Shown here in pieces: positions 58,001 to 64,000 of a stretch of DNA of 64,000 nucleotides. Both the position numbers and the translations under genes were made by a program. The DNA comes from Nitrospirota bacterium (GTDB taxonomy: Bacteria; Nitrospirota; UBA9217), in the NCBI GenBank assembly GCA_035516175.1, contig DATJAO010000008.1, positions 1,604 to 65,603 of the forward strand, in the 5' to 3' direction. Each line of letters starts with the position of its first letter. Position 1 is the first letter of the stretch. Under the pieces are notes generated by a model that saw only the letters and a program-made list of their open reading frames with translations, made no database searches and was not told where the DNA came from.

Positions 58001-59674
58001 ATATTGGATGGCGCCGCCTGAAAAATCGAGCGAGGCCCCTTGCTTGATGTCGATACCGCCGTTGGCCGCGGTTATGCTGATGTTTCCGGTTTGGGGCTGA
58101 TAGACCCAATAGTCTGGCACTTGGCCCGTTGGATCATGCACCAAGTACTTTCTTATATCCCCGCCAATGAGCCGCTCCTGCGCCGTCTTGTCTTGTGTCA
58201 GCAGGGTTTGTGAGATATCCCCTATGGCGGACCCTGAAGCGAGTGTGGTCGTAATTTTCGCCCCCTGCAGTACTCCGCCCTTCTGATCGTATGCGTCCCT
58301 GAGTTCGACGCTGTTTAGTGCAAAATTCGAGAGGACCGCCACCGGGAGGTCCGCCTTGACGCCGCTCACATCGATGCCGCTGGTCGATTCCATGGTGACC
58401 TGGTTGGCGGCCATTAGCGTAACATTCCCTGCCGGCGCAATAATCTTCCCCCCGAGATCGATTTGCAATGCGGCAGTGTTGCTGATCAAACCTCCTATAA
58501 ACACATTCGGCTGGATATCAAAGGTATCGCTCACCGTGCGGGGCTGGCCTGTCTGCGGGTCCAGCGAGTCGTCGACGGGCAGTTCGACACTGCTGTCCGC
58601 GCCTGTGGTGATTTTGTTCGCGGCCCTCAGTTCCACCTGGCCTTTATTGTTTTGAAAGGCAGTCACGGAGCGGATGACGCCCCATTGTTCGACGTTGTTG
58701 CCGTACATGCCGACCAAGCCGCCGTCGGCGTGCAATATCCCACCTTCCTGGTTCACGGCCTTGCCGAACGTCGCATCAGTGCTCTTGGGCGCGTTAATGA
58801 AGTCATCGTTGATCAAGACATAATAGCCCGATCTCGAAAGATCGTTTGAACCGGGCGACATCAATGTCACGTCCGTGCCTGCTGCAAGACCGATCTGCCC
58901 TGCGGGCGCATTAATGGTGCCGAAGTTTTCAACGCGGGGAGCCATGAGAAAAACGTATCCGCCGTTTGCAGCGTTGATCTCCCCGAAATTCGAGAGCGCG
59001 GCTAACGTGTCCGGGCTGCTCAGGTTCTGGTAGTTTTCCAGTATGAAGTGGAGGATATTGTTCAGAAAGTCGCTATCATGAATGTTGAGCGCAGAGGCTA
59101 TCAGGCTGTTCACGTTCACCGTCGAACCGGGCCCGAACAGGATCCCGTTCTGGTTGATGAGGTAGATCTTGCCGTCCGCCGACAGTTTTCCGTAGATCTG
59201 GCTGGGATTGGCGTCCCAGATGCGGTTGAGAGCCGCCCAGCTTGCATTTCCCTGCTGATTGAAATAGACCGACGAGTTGCTGCCGATATTGAATGTTTGC
59301 CAGTTTATGATCGCGTTCTGCTGGTTCTGATACACCGTGACCTGGCCGCTATCGGCATTGCCGCTGGTCTCGATGCCTTGATTTCCCTTGCTGGTATCGA
59401 GTCCCGTGTTGTTGCCCGGTAACACGACCGGGACTTCATTGGCCGGTACAGCGGGAACCAAAGCCTTGTTGTAAAAGCCGGGGATGGCCAGTGGTGCATT
59501 GCTCGGTGCCCCGGGAACAGTCGCCGCAGGTGCAGCCATGACCGGCGGTCGCACGGCAACCGATCCCCCAAATCCGGGGATAGAAACGACGGACCCGGCA
59601 AGTGCTGATTGGGGGAACAGAATGAGCGCGCAGCACAACAGGCGAAGCAGGGTCTGAACAATGTCGGTCTTCAT
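49052..59674 (-). CDS. Giant (3540-aa) filamentous-haemagglutinin-like TpsA exoprotein
   Basis: Signal peptide. TPS domain: VTVYQNQQNAIINWQTFNIGSNSSVYFNQ...ALNRIWDANPSQIYGKLSADGKIYLINQNGILFGPGSTVNV. Thousands of residues of G/N/S/T/A-rich beta-helix-type repeats. Acidic/lysine tail EEDDNNKDDNNKDDKKKEE. Encoded next to a TpsB gene. Confidence 0.9.
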   Translation of the reverse strand: MKTDIVQTLLRLLCCALILFPQSALAGSVVSIPGFGGSVAVRPPVMAAPAATVPGAPSNAPLAIPGFYNKALVPAVPANEVPVVLPGNNTGLDTSKGNQGIETSGNADSGQVTVYQNQQNAIINWQTFNIGSNSSVYFNQQGNASWAALNRIWDANPSQIYGKLSADGKIYLINQNGILFGPGSTVNVNSLIASALNIHDSDFLNNILHFILENYQNLSSPDTLAALSNFGEINAANGGYVFLMAPRVENFGTINAPAGQIGLAAGTDVTLMSPGSNDLSRSGYYVLINDDFINAPKSTDATFGKAVNQEGGILHADGGLVGMYGNNVEQWGVIRSVTAFQNNKGQVELRAANKITTGADSSVELPVDDSLDPQTGQPRTVSDTFDIQPNVFIGGLISNTAALQIDLGGKIIAPAGNVTLMAANQVTMESTSGIDVSGVKADLPVAVLSNFALNSVELRDAYDQKGGVLQGAKITTTLASGSAIGDISQTLLTQDKTAQERLIGGDIRKYLVHDPTGQVPDYWVYQPQTGNISITAANGGIDIKQGASLDFSGGAIQYQAGLVNTTKLLSGTKIYDISNAPEDIQYNAILGNYEKIYNRFGIQESYTGLYYGGASPVMTYVNGYTTGGDAGSLSLKAPMIVLNGQLNGSVTRGTYQNALTMQSNYSTANDYNEALMLSKTRGLEMPQAGSLSIMGTSNIAVVSETDTQTDHATGIPLPAGQTTLVSAKILNDAHLGAVNLTADLTISTAVDAALTLQPGGSFTASTRLIDHEGDITVPGGTITLFAVQNSTGERDSSGNLNPNPVSLPNGLSERIILGKKSVLDTSGERIDNSQTGTNGNDVLGSGRVNGGTIVIKDNTDQGAGVFIQTGAIVDVSGGYTINQKGNITGGNAGSLSIQGANIQLDGDIRGYALADPNGNLSGGQIQLAAPNITVAPASSIPGNYTWNDFDPLSADPSRSQPPADMKGVLYLPDDLLKSTGFTSITLNSVNDVIIDKDSKFGPSPYRLNNPLNSGSGTRATIDGQVLTGDSVPGKPDLIQLDDAQLYMAGPSKFVASAGVPFGGSSGLFTNNLRSISDPNAPKLSVSDGAVVQTTPGTTGSSSSISLSGPNVTVYGELDSRAGNITITATGGNLLIGDSASILANGYNRPNPSSTPNGNPINYQPINGGTVSLIATPILNAVNTGNLTIAATALIDVSGSDMVQNSVLSDGKISTYETAGSPGSVSLTYGGVPDLKGAIVANRAQLNGLSGISGGTLAMTYTYPDPSSIAKANEMSISDYIGYFLSTGFDDLTFRSNATLNFDGGGISYVIPRKLTLDAPNIIGAGNTVTLSSPWIVLTNSSKMSPPVETQPVMPAAGSLTLAGGWTDPSGALHSGFIDVIGDIQLDGFRDVTLQTDRDIRLSQVLYDNNCVGGDCSKATAVYPGTLRTTGNLVLDAARLYPGAFYSNTTRSYGNNIYPSIYSDYTVHANGKVTLQHTVGNTDNAVDTPIYSAGGNLTIEGLGGIELKKDVTVAAPMGTITLSAPGKRIYLDDGSVLTTAGSPDFDVNYGAIDSNNLWLVQDKANPNVQSGSASLFTQDSLPQKSITMNADEVIAREGSVIDVSGGGSVFAYTFQPGVQGSVDPLTKSGRYIVFKADSFPMPGTTVYLQGGGGLSAGLYTLLPLDAKDPQNARFAFMPGAYIIEAQSTTSLPGPGALSIDGYPLTVGFTAIADTSIKSTRPQVYSVRTAAEVIATEGSYVKPDSFVSGNAGDIIIAGNTTVLDGKLNAAALSGYQGGKISLAATDVFVQSSAASPLPADFQFGTPLAAAGITQGTMNVSADSLSGKGFSEVDLGNGNTNSVTVRSGAALDADVLTLSANQAVTVESGAKLGVVQTTTGMSGTDRISLSTPGELAIASGASVYASQSITLDVNDVKDISGELKSDSGSLTLKSTVIFFGGDNGKAPTDVGLYLTGTLWNRFSTFSDISLISKNDIQFRTDFTGGSALSAGKSLTLNAAQITGVNSGGASVTLTAPTVNLTNTGTSSAAVTTANAGAFTVNADQINIGTGDVLFGGFSTIGLNSKNDLTFIGMGSLTTGNADLLIGAARITTASTTKTANNSNGTTTTAVTATQFTVYTGANYLNDQNNPSPTGSITITNSGGTPGTTSSPGGTLEFQGRSIDQGGVIRVDGGTVRLSATGPGQADGVTLRSGSQILAQGTADAPGGQVFLNSINGGIVMEGAAVDANGATVKPASLIDVSADSQGDAGTISLQAPLGGVLINGDLKGTAKNTVDSQGDIVRIGQGGSFILHTDQINDLAGLNSRLASGGFTESLDLWARTGNIDIASGQILQARHIKLTVDDTSTSNGQINIAGQIIATDGGSVELYAANNLTIQSGGSVNATNAAAGSSGGSVLLSTAYAGTDPLQGWINVNGTIDVSGGAGGTGGTIYLRAQRNVTDVKINLGGTLQGAASVYAEAVKRYDYSVPSLLTSTQFQTWLNEAASYDAANTAVGRLQGAAPAGSSSFHLLPGIEVVNSGGDITIDAPIEMSLLGADTNPGVLSLRAKGNLNINNNLTDYPAYAASGNNPVTSLPSGRNSWGFNLAAGADTSSADPLAVNSMGTGALTIANNTVVYTESAPILFASGGDTFIGTGPQIAYVYPNYMISPAMYYNLASFSGSIRGNVGRDLSVAGAIQTATGDIDISVGRNLNLLAGGDYNNPGAGAIRTTGQLTSTDAVGTSPLDPTPIDPATGQPFNKTAIQQSDLNGTYYWRYDNGGNVTLSVGGNAGKLNSSGMWVTADGGAWDYFSPIDVTINSHPSTYGLFSADYLYGTAGLSTMGGGNLSVRTGGDFLAQAGTFGAGDLTIYSGGDINGRFLNHGSTDEAGRAEIHAQGNFGAYNPASLENDRAQIELFNSKMNVTAQGEMQIGAILNPSLASDEIDQYRASNFVYLSYTPETTISLKAGTDITLAGRSPFYANPVASQIYERVLPANVNVVAGGDILLLNDFTLASASDGNLILHAGGDVIGQVNNGSGGQRSARILVSDMAPNNWYGLFYVYGDTDQKGGWIASRTVVNRHGIYNPIDQSMSVPEDGPLHTGDPTAIEIHADRDITGLNLMLPKKAEVTAGRDITNITYEGQNIAPDDISMIQAGRDISMQYVKASDSAAQGGLIQGGPGTFLIQAGGSIDLGSLSGGIQEIGNGNNPALATGATGRSSLVVLSGYGFDQSSADIEAFFKTIRDAGDQYAKLMAQGSRDEADQLLQTTRQDTIEPLLGKPSGPGDINMTSSQISTSNAASDISIIANGDLNLGKTALPSATAVNTTSGITTANGGAINIFTVKDVNVQESRVMTFFSLQDMIDNGITADDIQSGKATFGDITVWSDQGSINAGRGSRTAVSASPPKLVPVPGAPGVYRKVFTPPAVGSGIRALTYGENAPIPGNVHLFAPTGVIDAGEAGIAGGKITLAALQVNNASNINFSAGSVGLPQASEGSASLGALTGTTSATQTSQLTADASGLTAAKVQASQMVEDIIAKWLEVKVIDFVEEDDNNKDDNNKDDKKKEE
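49071..49108. repeat. 15-bp tandem repeat (2.5 copies) encoding the DDNNK repeats of the TpsA C-terminal tail
   Basis: TCATCCTTATTGTTA at 49071-49085 and again at 49086-49100, then a partial copy TCATCCTC. Confidence 0.85.
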
Positions 59675-59756
59675 GGTTGCCTCCCGTACACCAGACGATG
59701 CCTTTCCTTCTCTTAATTGTGGATACCATTAACAGGACAATGTCACTCTTTTTTGA

Positions 59757-59787
59757 GGGATATCAACAAATATCTTATGATGTCAAG
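59757..59787 (-). promoter_or_regulatory. Candidate sigma70-type promoter in the tpsB-tpsA gap
   Basis: Minus strand reads CTTGACA-(15-17 nt)-TGATATCC. The -35 TTGACA is perfect (59786-59781) and the -10 is weak. About 85 nt upstream of the TpsA ATG. Confidence 0.25.
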
Positions 59788-59841
59788 AGGACGATATCAG
59801 CCCCGGGAATCGCTAACTGGGTCAGCAAAGAACATCCCCGC

Positions 59842-61449
59842 TCAGAACAGGGCTCTTACTTTGAAATAGGACCTCTGGTCATGCTTTTCGGTCTGGTCCG
59901 TGGCGCGCAGCGCCACGGACCAGTCCAGTTCATACTCCAGATTCTTCGCTATCGAACCTCGTATTCCGGCGCCTGACCCCGACAATCTAATGCTATTATC
60001 CTGGCCGGGCAACGCCTCTTTGATCGTCAGCGACGCGAAGTCATAGAAGATAAAAGGGCTTATTTGAACCTTCTTTCCCATCGCGGTCCGTCCAAGAGGG
60101 TCAGGAAAGGAAAGTTCAAACATCCCATGCAGCGCATTATCGCCTAGTACCTCGCTTTCCTTATACCCCCGTACGCTTTCCATCCCGCCCGCAGTGTACT
60201 GCTCGCTGTTGATAAGCGGCTGATCGGCTACCTGGCCGTCCACTTTCAAAGATAGGTTCATGCCCCAAGTCAGTTTCTGCATGCGCAGCGCGCTTGCTGT
60301 GAAGACGAGGTAGTTCGCAGATGCCTTGTAGCGGCTGGTCTCGAACTTCATTTCTTGATTGCTGGATGACCGGAAGTTCATGTTCAATCCTGCGCCAAAC
60401 TGGCTCATCCCACCCCATTTATCCGGTAAAGAAGAGCTGTAGGAAAACGAAAACGGTGTATATTGAACCGGGATATCTTCCGTTGTCGTCTGTGCAATTT
60501 CTGTTGTAGTCGGTGTTGTCTGGTGTATGCTTTTGTAATCGAGACCCAGAGTAAGCGTATGAGAATACAATTGGTACTCGGGCAGCATCACAACATAGCG
60601 CGTGCCGAAGATATCCCCTTTTCCCACTATTTGGAAGCCTTCGCCGAATGCGGTATTGCTATTCGACCATATGCCGTAAAACGCCCACTGGTCGTCCTTT
60701 TGCCACGGCGCAGGCAACGTATAGGAGGCGCTCAACGCCTGCACCTGATCCGCATTCTGCGGCGATATCTGGTACTGAAAGGAAAGGGAATGCTCACGCT
60801 GCCAGAGATTGTCATAGTGGATTGCCGCATTGAGCCGCAACGGCTCCGTGTCAGGGCTCGCCCGGTTGTTCAGTTCCAGAAACCCGTGCAGGGGAAGATG
60901 ATCCTCCACCCTGAGTTCAACATCGATAGTCCCCACTTCCTTGCCTGGCGACATCACTGGTTCCACCTTTAAATCCTGGCTTCTGTTCAGCTGCGAAAGC
61001 TCCTGTTGGACCTGAGGCAGGTAGAGGATGGCACCAGGCGTGAAGGACGGCAGGTCCTTCAACATCTTTTCCCTGGTAAAATACCGGTTGCCAGTGACCT
61101 TCACCCTGCCGATCCGGCTCTCGATCACCTGCAGTTTGACGATGCCGTCTTGCAGGGTCTGTTCCGGGATGTTCACCATCACGGCCGGATACCCGGCATC
61201 GTGGTATTTCTTTTCCAGCGAATCGCGCGCCTTTTCCACATCCGCCGCGGTCCTGTTGGAACCGGTGTACAGGATGACCGCGGTGCGAATCTGGTCATCG
61301 GTGAACAGAGTGTTGCCGGTCACCTCGAAAGCCTTGATCGCGAAGCCTGCTTCGCCGGTTTCTTCGGCGATACCCGGTCGGGACAGGATAGCCGTGCATA
61401 CCATGACCATGACCATTACTCGAATGAGAAGCCGACCAATCGTTTTCAC
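59842..61449 (-). CDS. ShlB/FhaC/HecB-family TpsB outer-membrane transporter (POTRA plus beta-barrel)
   Basis: Signal peptide, POTRA start FAIKAFEVTGNTLFTDDQI, a barrel, and a C-terminal ...YFKVRALF. The GTG start overlaps the upstream TGA (GTGA at 61446-61449). Confidence 0.9.
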   Translation of the reverse strand: MKTIGRLLIRVMVMVMVCTAILSRPGIAEETGEAGFAIKAFEVTGNTLFTDDQIRTAVILYTGSNRTAADVEKARDSLEKKYHDAGYPAVMVNIPEQTLQDGIVKLQVIESRIGRVKVTGNRYFTREKMLKDLPSFTPGAILYLPQVQQELSQLNRSQDLKVEPVMSPGKEVGTIDVELRVEDHLPLHGFLELNNRASPDTEPLRLNAAIHYDNLWQREHSLSFQYQISPQNADQVQALSASYTLPAPWQKDDQWAFYGIWSNSNTAFGEGFQIVGKGDIFGTRYVVMLPEYQLYSHTLTLGLDYKSIHQTTPTTTEIAQTTTEDIPVQYTPFSFSYSSSLPDKWGGMSQFGAGLNMNFRSSSNQEMKFETSRYKASANYLVFTASALRMQKLTWGMNLSLKVDGQVADQPLINSEQYTAGGMESVRGYKESEVLGDNALHGMFELSFPDPLGRTAMGKKVQISPFIFYDFASLTIKEALPGQDNSIRLSGSGAGIRGSIAKNLEYELDWSVALRATDQTEKHDQRSYFKVRALF

Positions 61450-62543
61450 CTAGTGGTAGTCTCGCTCGTCCGGAGATTAGCATCTGCAATTTTTTCCACG
61501 GTCACATCGCAGAGCAGCGTTTCGCCTCCAAAAGCGTTTCCAAAGTCCACTGTGAAGCTCTTATCGTCAACGTAGGAAATCCGCCCGACCATGCCTGTCG
61601 CGCGGACGAGCGCGCCTTTGCGCGCATCGATGTCCAGTATGTAATTATCGCCCTCTTCCCTGATGCGGCCCGGACCGAAAAGGGTCTCTTTGGTCCCCGG
61701 TGTGACGAAAATCTTGATCGTTACGTCCTTGTCCGAAATCGACTCCACTTTGCCAGGAAAATCGGTATCGTAAGTATATGCCTGTCCGATCTCAGGAGTT
61801 TGGTTCGTCAGGTACTCGTAGGTGTGCTTTTGCATTACGACCACTTTGGGTTGCGTGCGGACCCGATTCAGACGCGCGAGATATTTCTCGGGAACAGATG
61901 GCACGGCATCCTCGGACTTGATCTCTGCCGTGCGCCTCTCGCCCTCCTTCATGCCGACAATCGCCTGCCCGAGTTGATTCTGGATTTCGTCTTCGAAGGA
62001 ACGCTCGCTGAAAGGCGTCAGCTCCGGCCGCTTCGCCTCCGCAGGGCTTATTGCGGAGAGTGACAGGGGACCAGACTCCAACCGCTGCACATAAATATTC
62101 GATTTAGGCAGGTTATCCGCGACATGATCAGTTGCGGCCGCAACATCACCAGACGGGAGCCGGCACAAATAACGAATGGACGCCGTATCTCCGGGCTGTA
62201 TCAGTCTTTCCGTGGCTGCCGCGGGAGCGTGATCTGCCTGCAGCATCTGATGCGTTCCCGTGGCGGCGCATCCCGCAATAGTCCAGACACTAACGAAGAT
62301 AGGAAGCAGCCACTGGAGCATTATCGGCATATCATTCTTATCCGGTAACTCCTGCTGAATATCCTTTTCCCTGCAGACTTGGATCAAGGCCTTATCCGCA
62401 ACAACGACGTGCGTGAGCTCGAACTCCTCCGATTTTTCGATCCGGCCGAGACTTCCCTGGCTGAAATTGATCTTGATGTAGCCGTTGAACTTCCCTTCCA
62501 TAAGCATTTTGATCGTTTCGCTCAGTCTTTTCAGCTTTTCCAT
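61446..62543 (-). CDS. Bitopic protein: N-terminal DUF2292/YezD-like domain, TM/lipobox segment, periplasmic SlyD/FKBP-like PPIase domains
   Basis: ATG at 62543 after GAGGTG. N-terminus MEKLKRLSETIKMLMEGKFNGYIKINFSQGSLGRIEKSEEFE. Hydrophobic segment LQWLLPIFVSVWTIAGCAATG. FKBP-like GDTASIRYLCRLPSGDV, MKEGERRTAEI and VDFGNAFGGETLLCDVTVEKI (cf. the SlyD DxNHPLAGxxLxFxVxV pattern). Confidence 0.6.
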   Translation of the reverse strand: MEKLKRLSETIKMLMEGKFNGYIKINFSQGSLGRIEKSEEFELTHVVVADKALIQVCREKDIQQELPDKNDMPIMLQWLLPIFVSVWTIAGCAATGTHQMLQADHAPAAATERLIQPGDTASIRYLCRLPSGDVAAATDHVADNLPKSNIYVQRLESGPLSLSAISPAEAKRPELTPFSERSFEDEIQNQLGQAIVGMKEGERRTAEIKSEDAVPSVPEKYLARLNRVRTQPKVVVMQKHTYEYLTNQTPEIGQAYTYDTDFPGKVESISDKDVTIKIFVTPGTKETLFGPGRIREEGDNYILDIDARKGALVRATGMVGRISYVDDKSFTVDFGNAFGGETLLCDVTVEKIADANLRTSETTTR

Positions 62544-63107
62544 GGGCACCTCGAGGTTGGGAACAACAGTTGAATTATCCTTAAATCGGAATTTGGACGG
62601 TGATGAGCTATAGGTATATGCGTATAAATCTAAAGTATTTGAAATAAAAGAGGATTCATCTTGCTATTGAATCTTTTAATAATTCAACGAAATCTTTCTT
62701 AATGCTGTATCTGTGTTTATCCATTTGTTCTGCGTCCTAACTGCTTTTTTGTTTTGAATTATCAGTATTTGGTAGCAGGTTATCATCTTGGGAAGCTCAA
62801 AAGAGGACTTAAGAATTGCGGGCTTCCCGGTCGTTGATGCGCAATGCATCAATTCAGCAAAGTACCCTTTGTTTAGGTTTTTTAATTTATCAATTTATTG
62901 TTACGGCCGTATTACAATTAGAAGAAGATTTGATGAAAACGAGTCTTTTTTCTTATTTAAACACCTAAGTTGCAGTCCCCAGGCCGGGCACATACCGATA
63001 AAAGGATTTTAACGGTATTCATTTCGTCTAATACAACCTGCGCCTGGCAGCTTTCAACTTTCGTCATCGTTACGCCCTGGTTCTAACTGCATCATCCATC
63101 TGGATAT

Positions 63108-63138
63108 GCAAAAAGAATCGGGGCCATCCCGGGCCCCT
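63108..63138 (-). terminator. Intrinsic terminator after the DsbC-like gene
   Basis: Minus-strand GGGGCC-CGGGAT-GGCCCC followed by GATTCTTTTTG. It lies 16 nt downstream of the stop at 63154. Confidence 0.65.
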
Positions 63139-63153
63139 ATCAGAAAAGAATTC

Positions 63154-63942
63154 TTATCTGTTTCCGGCGTCGACCAGCGTCATTACCTCTTCTGCGGACA
63201 TACCATGCCTGATTTTTCCGTCAGCGAAAATGATGGTCGGCGTCCCTTGCACTCCCAGCGATTGCCCGAGCTTTACGGTCTCATCCACTGCTGGGGAAGT
63301 GCAGGCTGCCTTTGGGATGTCCTTTTTTGCATAGGCATCCTCGAGCATCTTGACGGCCTTGTCATTGTCCTTTTCGCAAATTATGGCCATTGATTTTTCG
63401 CGTGCTTTGGGGTGAATGGACGAAAGGGGGAAGAGCTTGACGTAAAATACGATGTCCTTCCGCTTCTCGATCACTTTCTTGATCTCATCGTGGAACTTGA
63501 TGCAGTACGGGCAATCTGGATCGGTGAACACAAAGATCCTGTTTTTTGCCTTCGGGTCACCAACTATGATCGAACCCTGAAGTGGAACTTTAGATATGTC
63601 CACCTTGTTGATTTCGTCAAACTTTTCCTGGGTTAGATTCACCTTTGTGGCAAGATTGACTATCGCACCCTGAACAAGATATTTTTTCGCCGAATCCAGA
63701 TACATGACAGACTTGTTTCCGCCGTTCATGGAAACAGCTACCTCCCAAAGCCCTTCGATCGGTGTCTTTTCCACGGAAAGGATCATCACATCCGGCGCAA
63801 ACTCCTTCAGGACTTCTCTGACGCTTTCCTTGCTGGGAGCTGCTGCTTCGGCCGATGTTGCCTGCGGTACACGGTATATCCCCAGAGCTAATGAAACCAC
63901 GCATGCTGCAATAGCAATAAATCGAATCTTTCTTGAACCCAT
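63154..63942 (-). CDS. DsbC/DsbG-like periplasmic thiol:disulfide isomerase
   Basis: Signal peptide, an N-terminal dimerisation-like domain, and a thioredoxin fold with FTDPDCPYCIKFH and a C-terminal GTPTIIF (cis-Pro loop). Confidence 0.85.
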   Translation of the reverse strand: MGSRKIRFIAIAACVVSLALGIYRVPQATSAEAAAPSKESVREVLKEFAPDVMILSVEKTPIEGLWEVAVSMNGGNKSVMYLDSAKKYLVQGAIVNLATKVNLTQEKFDEINKVDISKVPLQGSIIVGDPKAKNRIFVFTDPDCPYCIKFHDEIKKVIEKRKDIVFYVKLFPLSSIHPKAREKSMAIICEKDNDKAVKMLEDAYAKKDIPKAACTSPAVDETVKLGQSLGVQGTPTIIFADGKIRHGMSAEEVMTLVDAGNR

Positions 63943-64000
63943 TGTAAGTCCTCCCTGCAGCCGTAGTTATTGAGTAAACCTCTTTATTTTTTTACCTTCA

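Noticed and set aside
49052-59674. CdiA-type contact-dependent inhibition toxin with an immunity gene
   Set aside because: I noticed no pretoxin VENN motif and no short downstream immunity ORF. The gene is instead overlapped by the ExbB-fusion start codon, and its C-terminus is a charged low-complexity tail.
63040-63060. TGGCAG-N-...CAACTT, considered as a sigma54 -24/-12 promoter
   Set aside because: It lies on the plus strand, where there is no gene to drive. The -12 element (TTGC) is absent and the spacing is wrong.
1-64000. CRISPR arrays, rRNA genes, prophage or defence-system gene sets
   Set aside because: I saw no regularly spaced direct repeats and no rRNA-like segments. No ORF showed nuclease, helicase, methylase or integrase motifs apart from the short HTH remnant at 296-472.

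Overview
Nearly the whole window (about 2.6-63.9 kb) is a single co-directional minus-strand array of about 45 cell-envelope genes from a diderm bacterium. Any taxon guess, such as an environmental Desulfobacterota or Proteobacteria-like genome, is inference only.

Reading right to left, the array contains:
- a DsbC-like disulfide isomerase with its own terminator;
- a two-partner-secretion (TPS) module: a membrane FKBP protein, TpsB, and a 3540-aa TpsA;
- a DUF2341/LamG-ExbB fusion whose ATG overlaps the TpsA stop codon, followed by ExbD, TonB, a lipidated porin, a coiled-coil protein and a parvulin PPIase;
- a NusG/RfaH-like antiterminator;
- a ~39 kb exosortase (EpsH-EpsI fusion) / PEP-CTERM-type exopolysaccharide locus. 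It holds galE, a nucleotide-sugar dehydrogenase, several GT2/GT4 glycosyltransferases, a flippase, an acyltransferase, an O-antigen-ligase-like protein, an AsnB-type amidotransferase, a beta-helix lipoprotein, a bi-domain oxidoreductase, a heparinase-like protein, WecG/WecB-like enzymes, a WecA-like initiating transferase, a TPR lipoprotein, a Wza-like exporter, an OM beta-barrel, a chain-length determinant and a P-loop kinase-like ATPase.

The array ends with a 45-aa mini-ORF (below the ORF-track cutoff) and an intrinsic terminator.

Two decayed genes sit inside the locus: an internally deleted, frameshifted glmS and a DUF218 paralog.

The left 2.6 kb is lower in GC. It carries the only convincing plus-strand gene (an FkbM methyltransferase) and an IS-like HTH remnant.

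I saw no rRNA, tRNA or CRISPR array.

The most unusual feature is the tight coupling of a giant TPS exoprotein to a dedicated PMF-transducing ExbB/ExbD/TonB set, with no TonB-dependent receptor in the window. The second is a small DUF2292/YezD-like domain found at both ends of the 60 kb array.

All family assignments come from motif recognition by eye. No searches were run.
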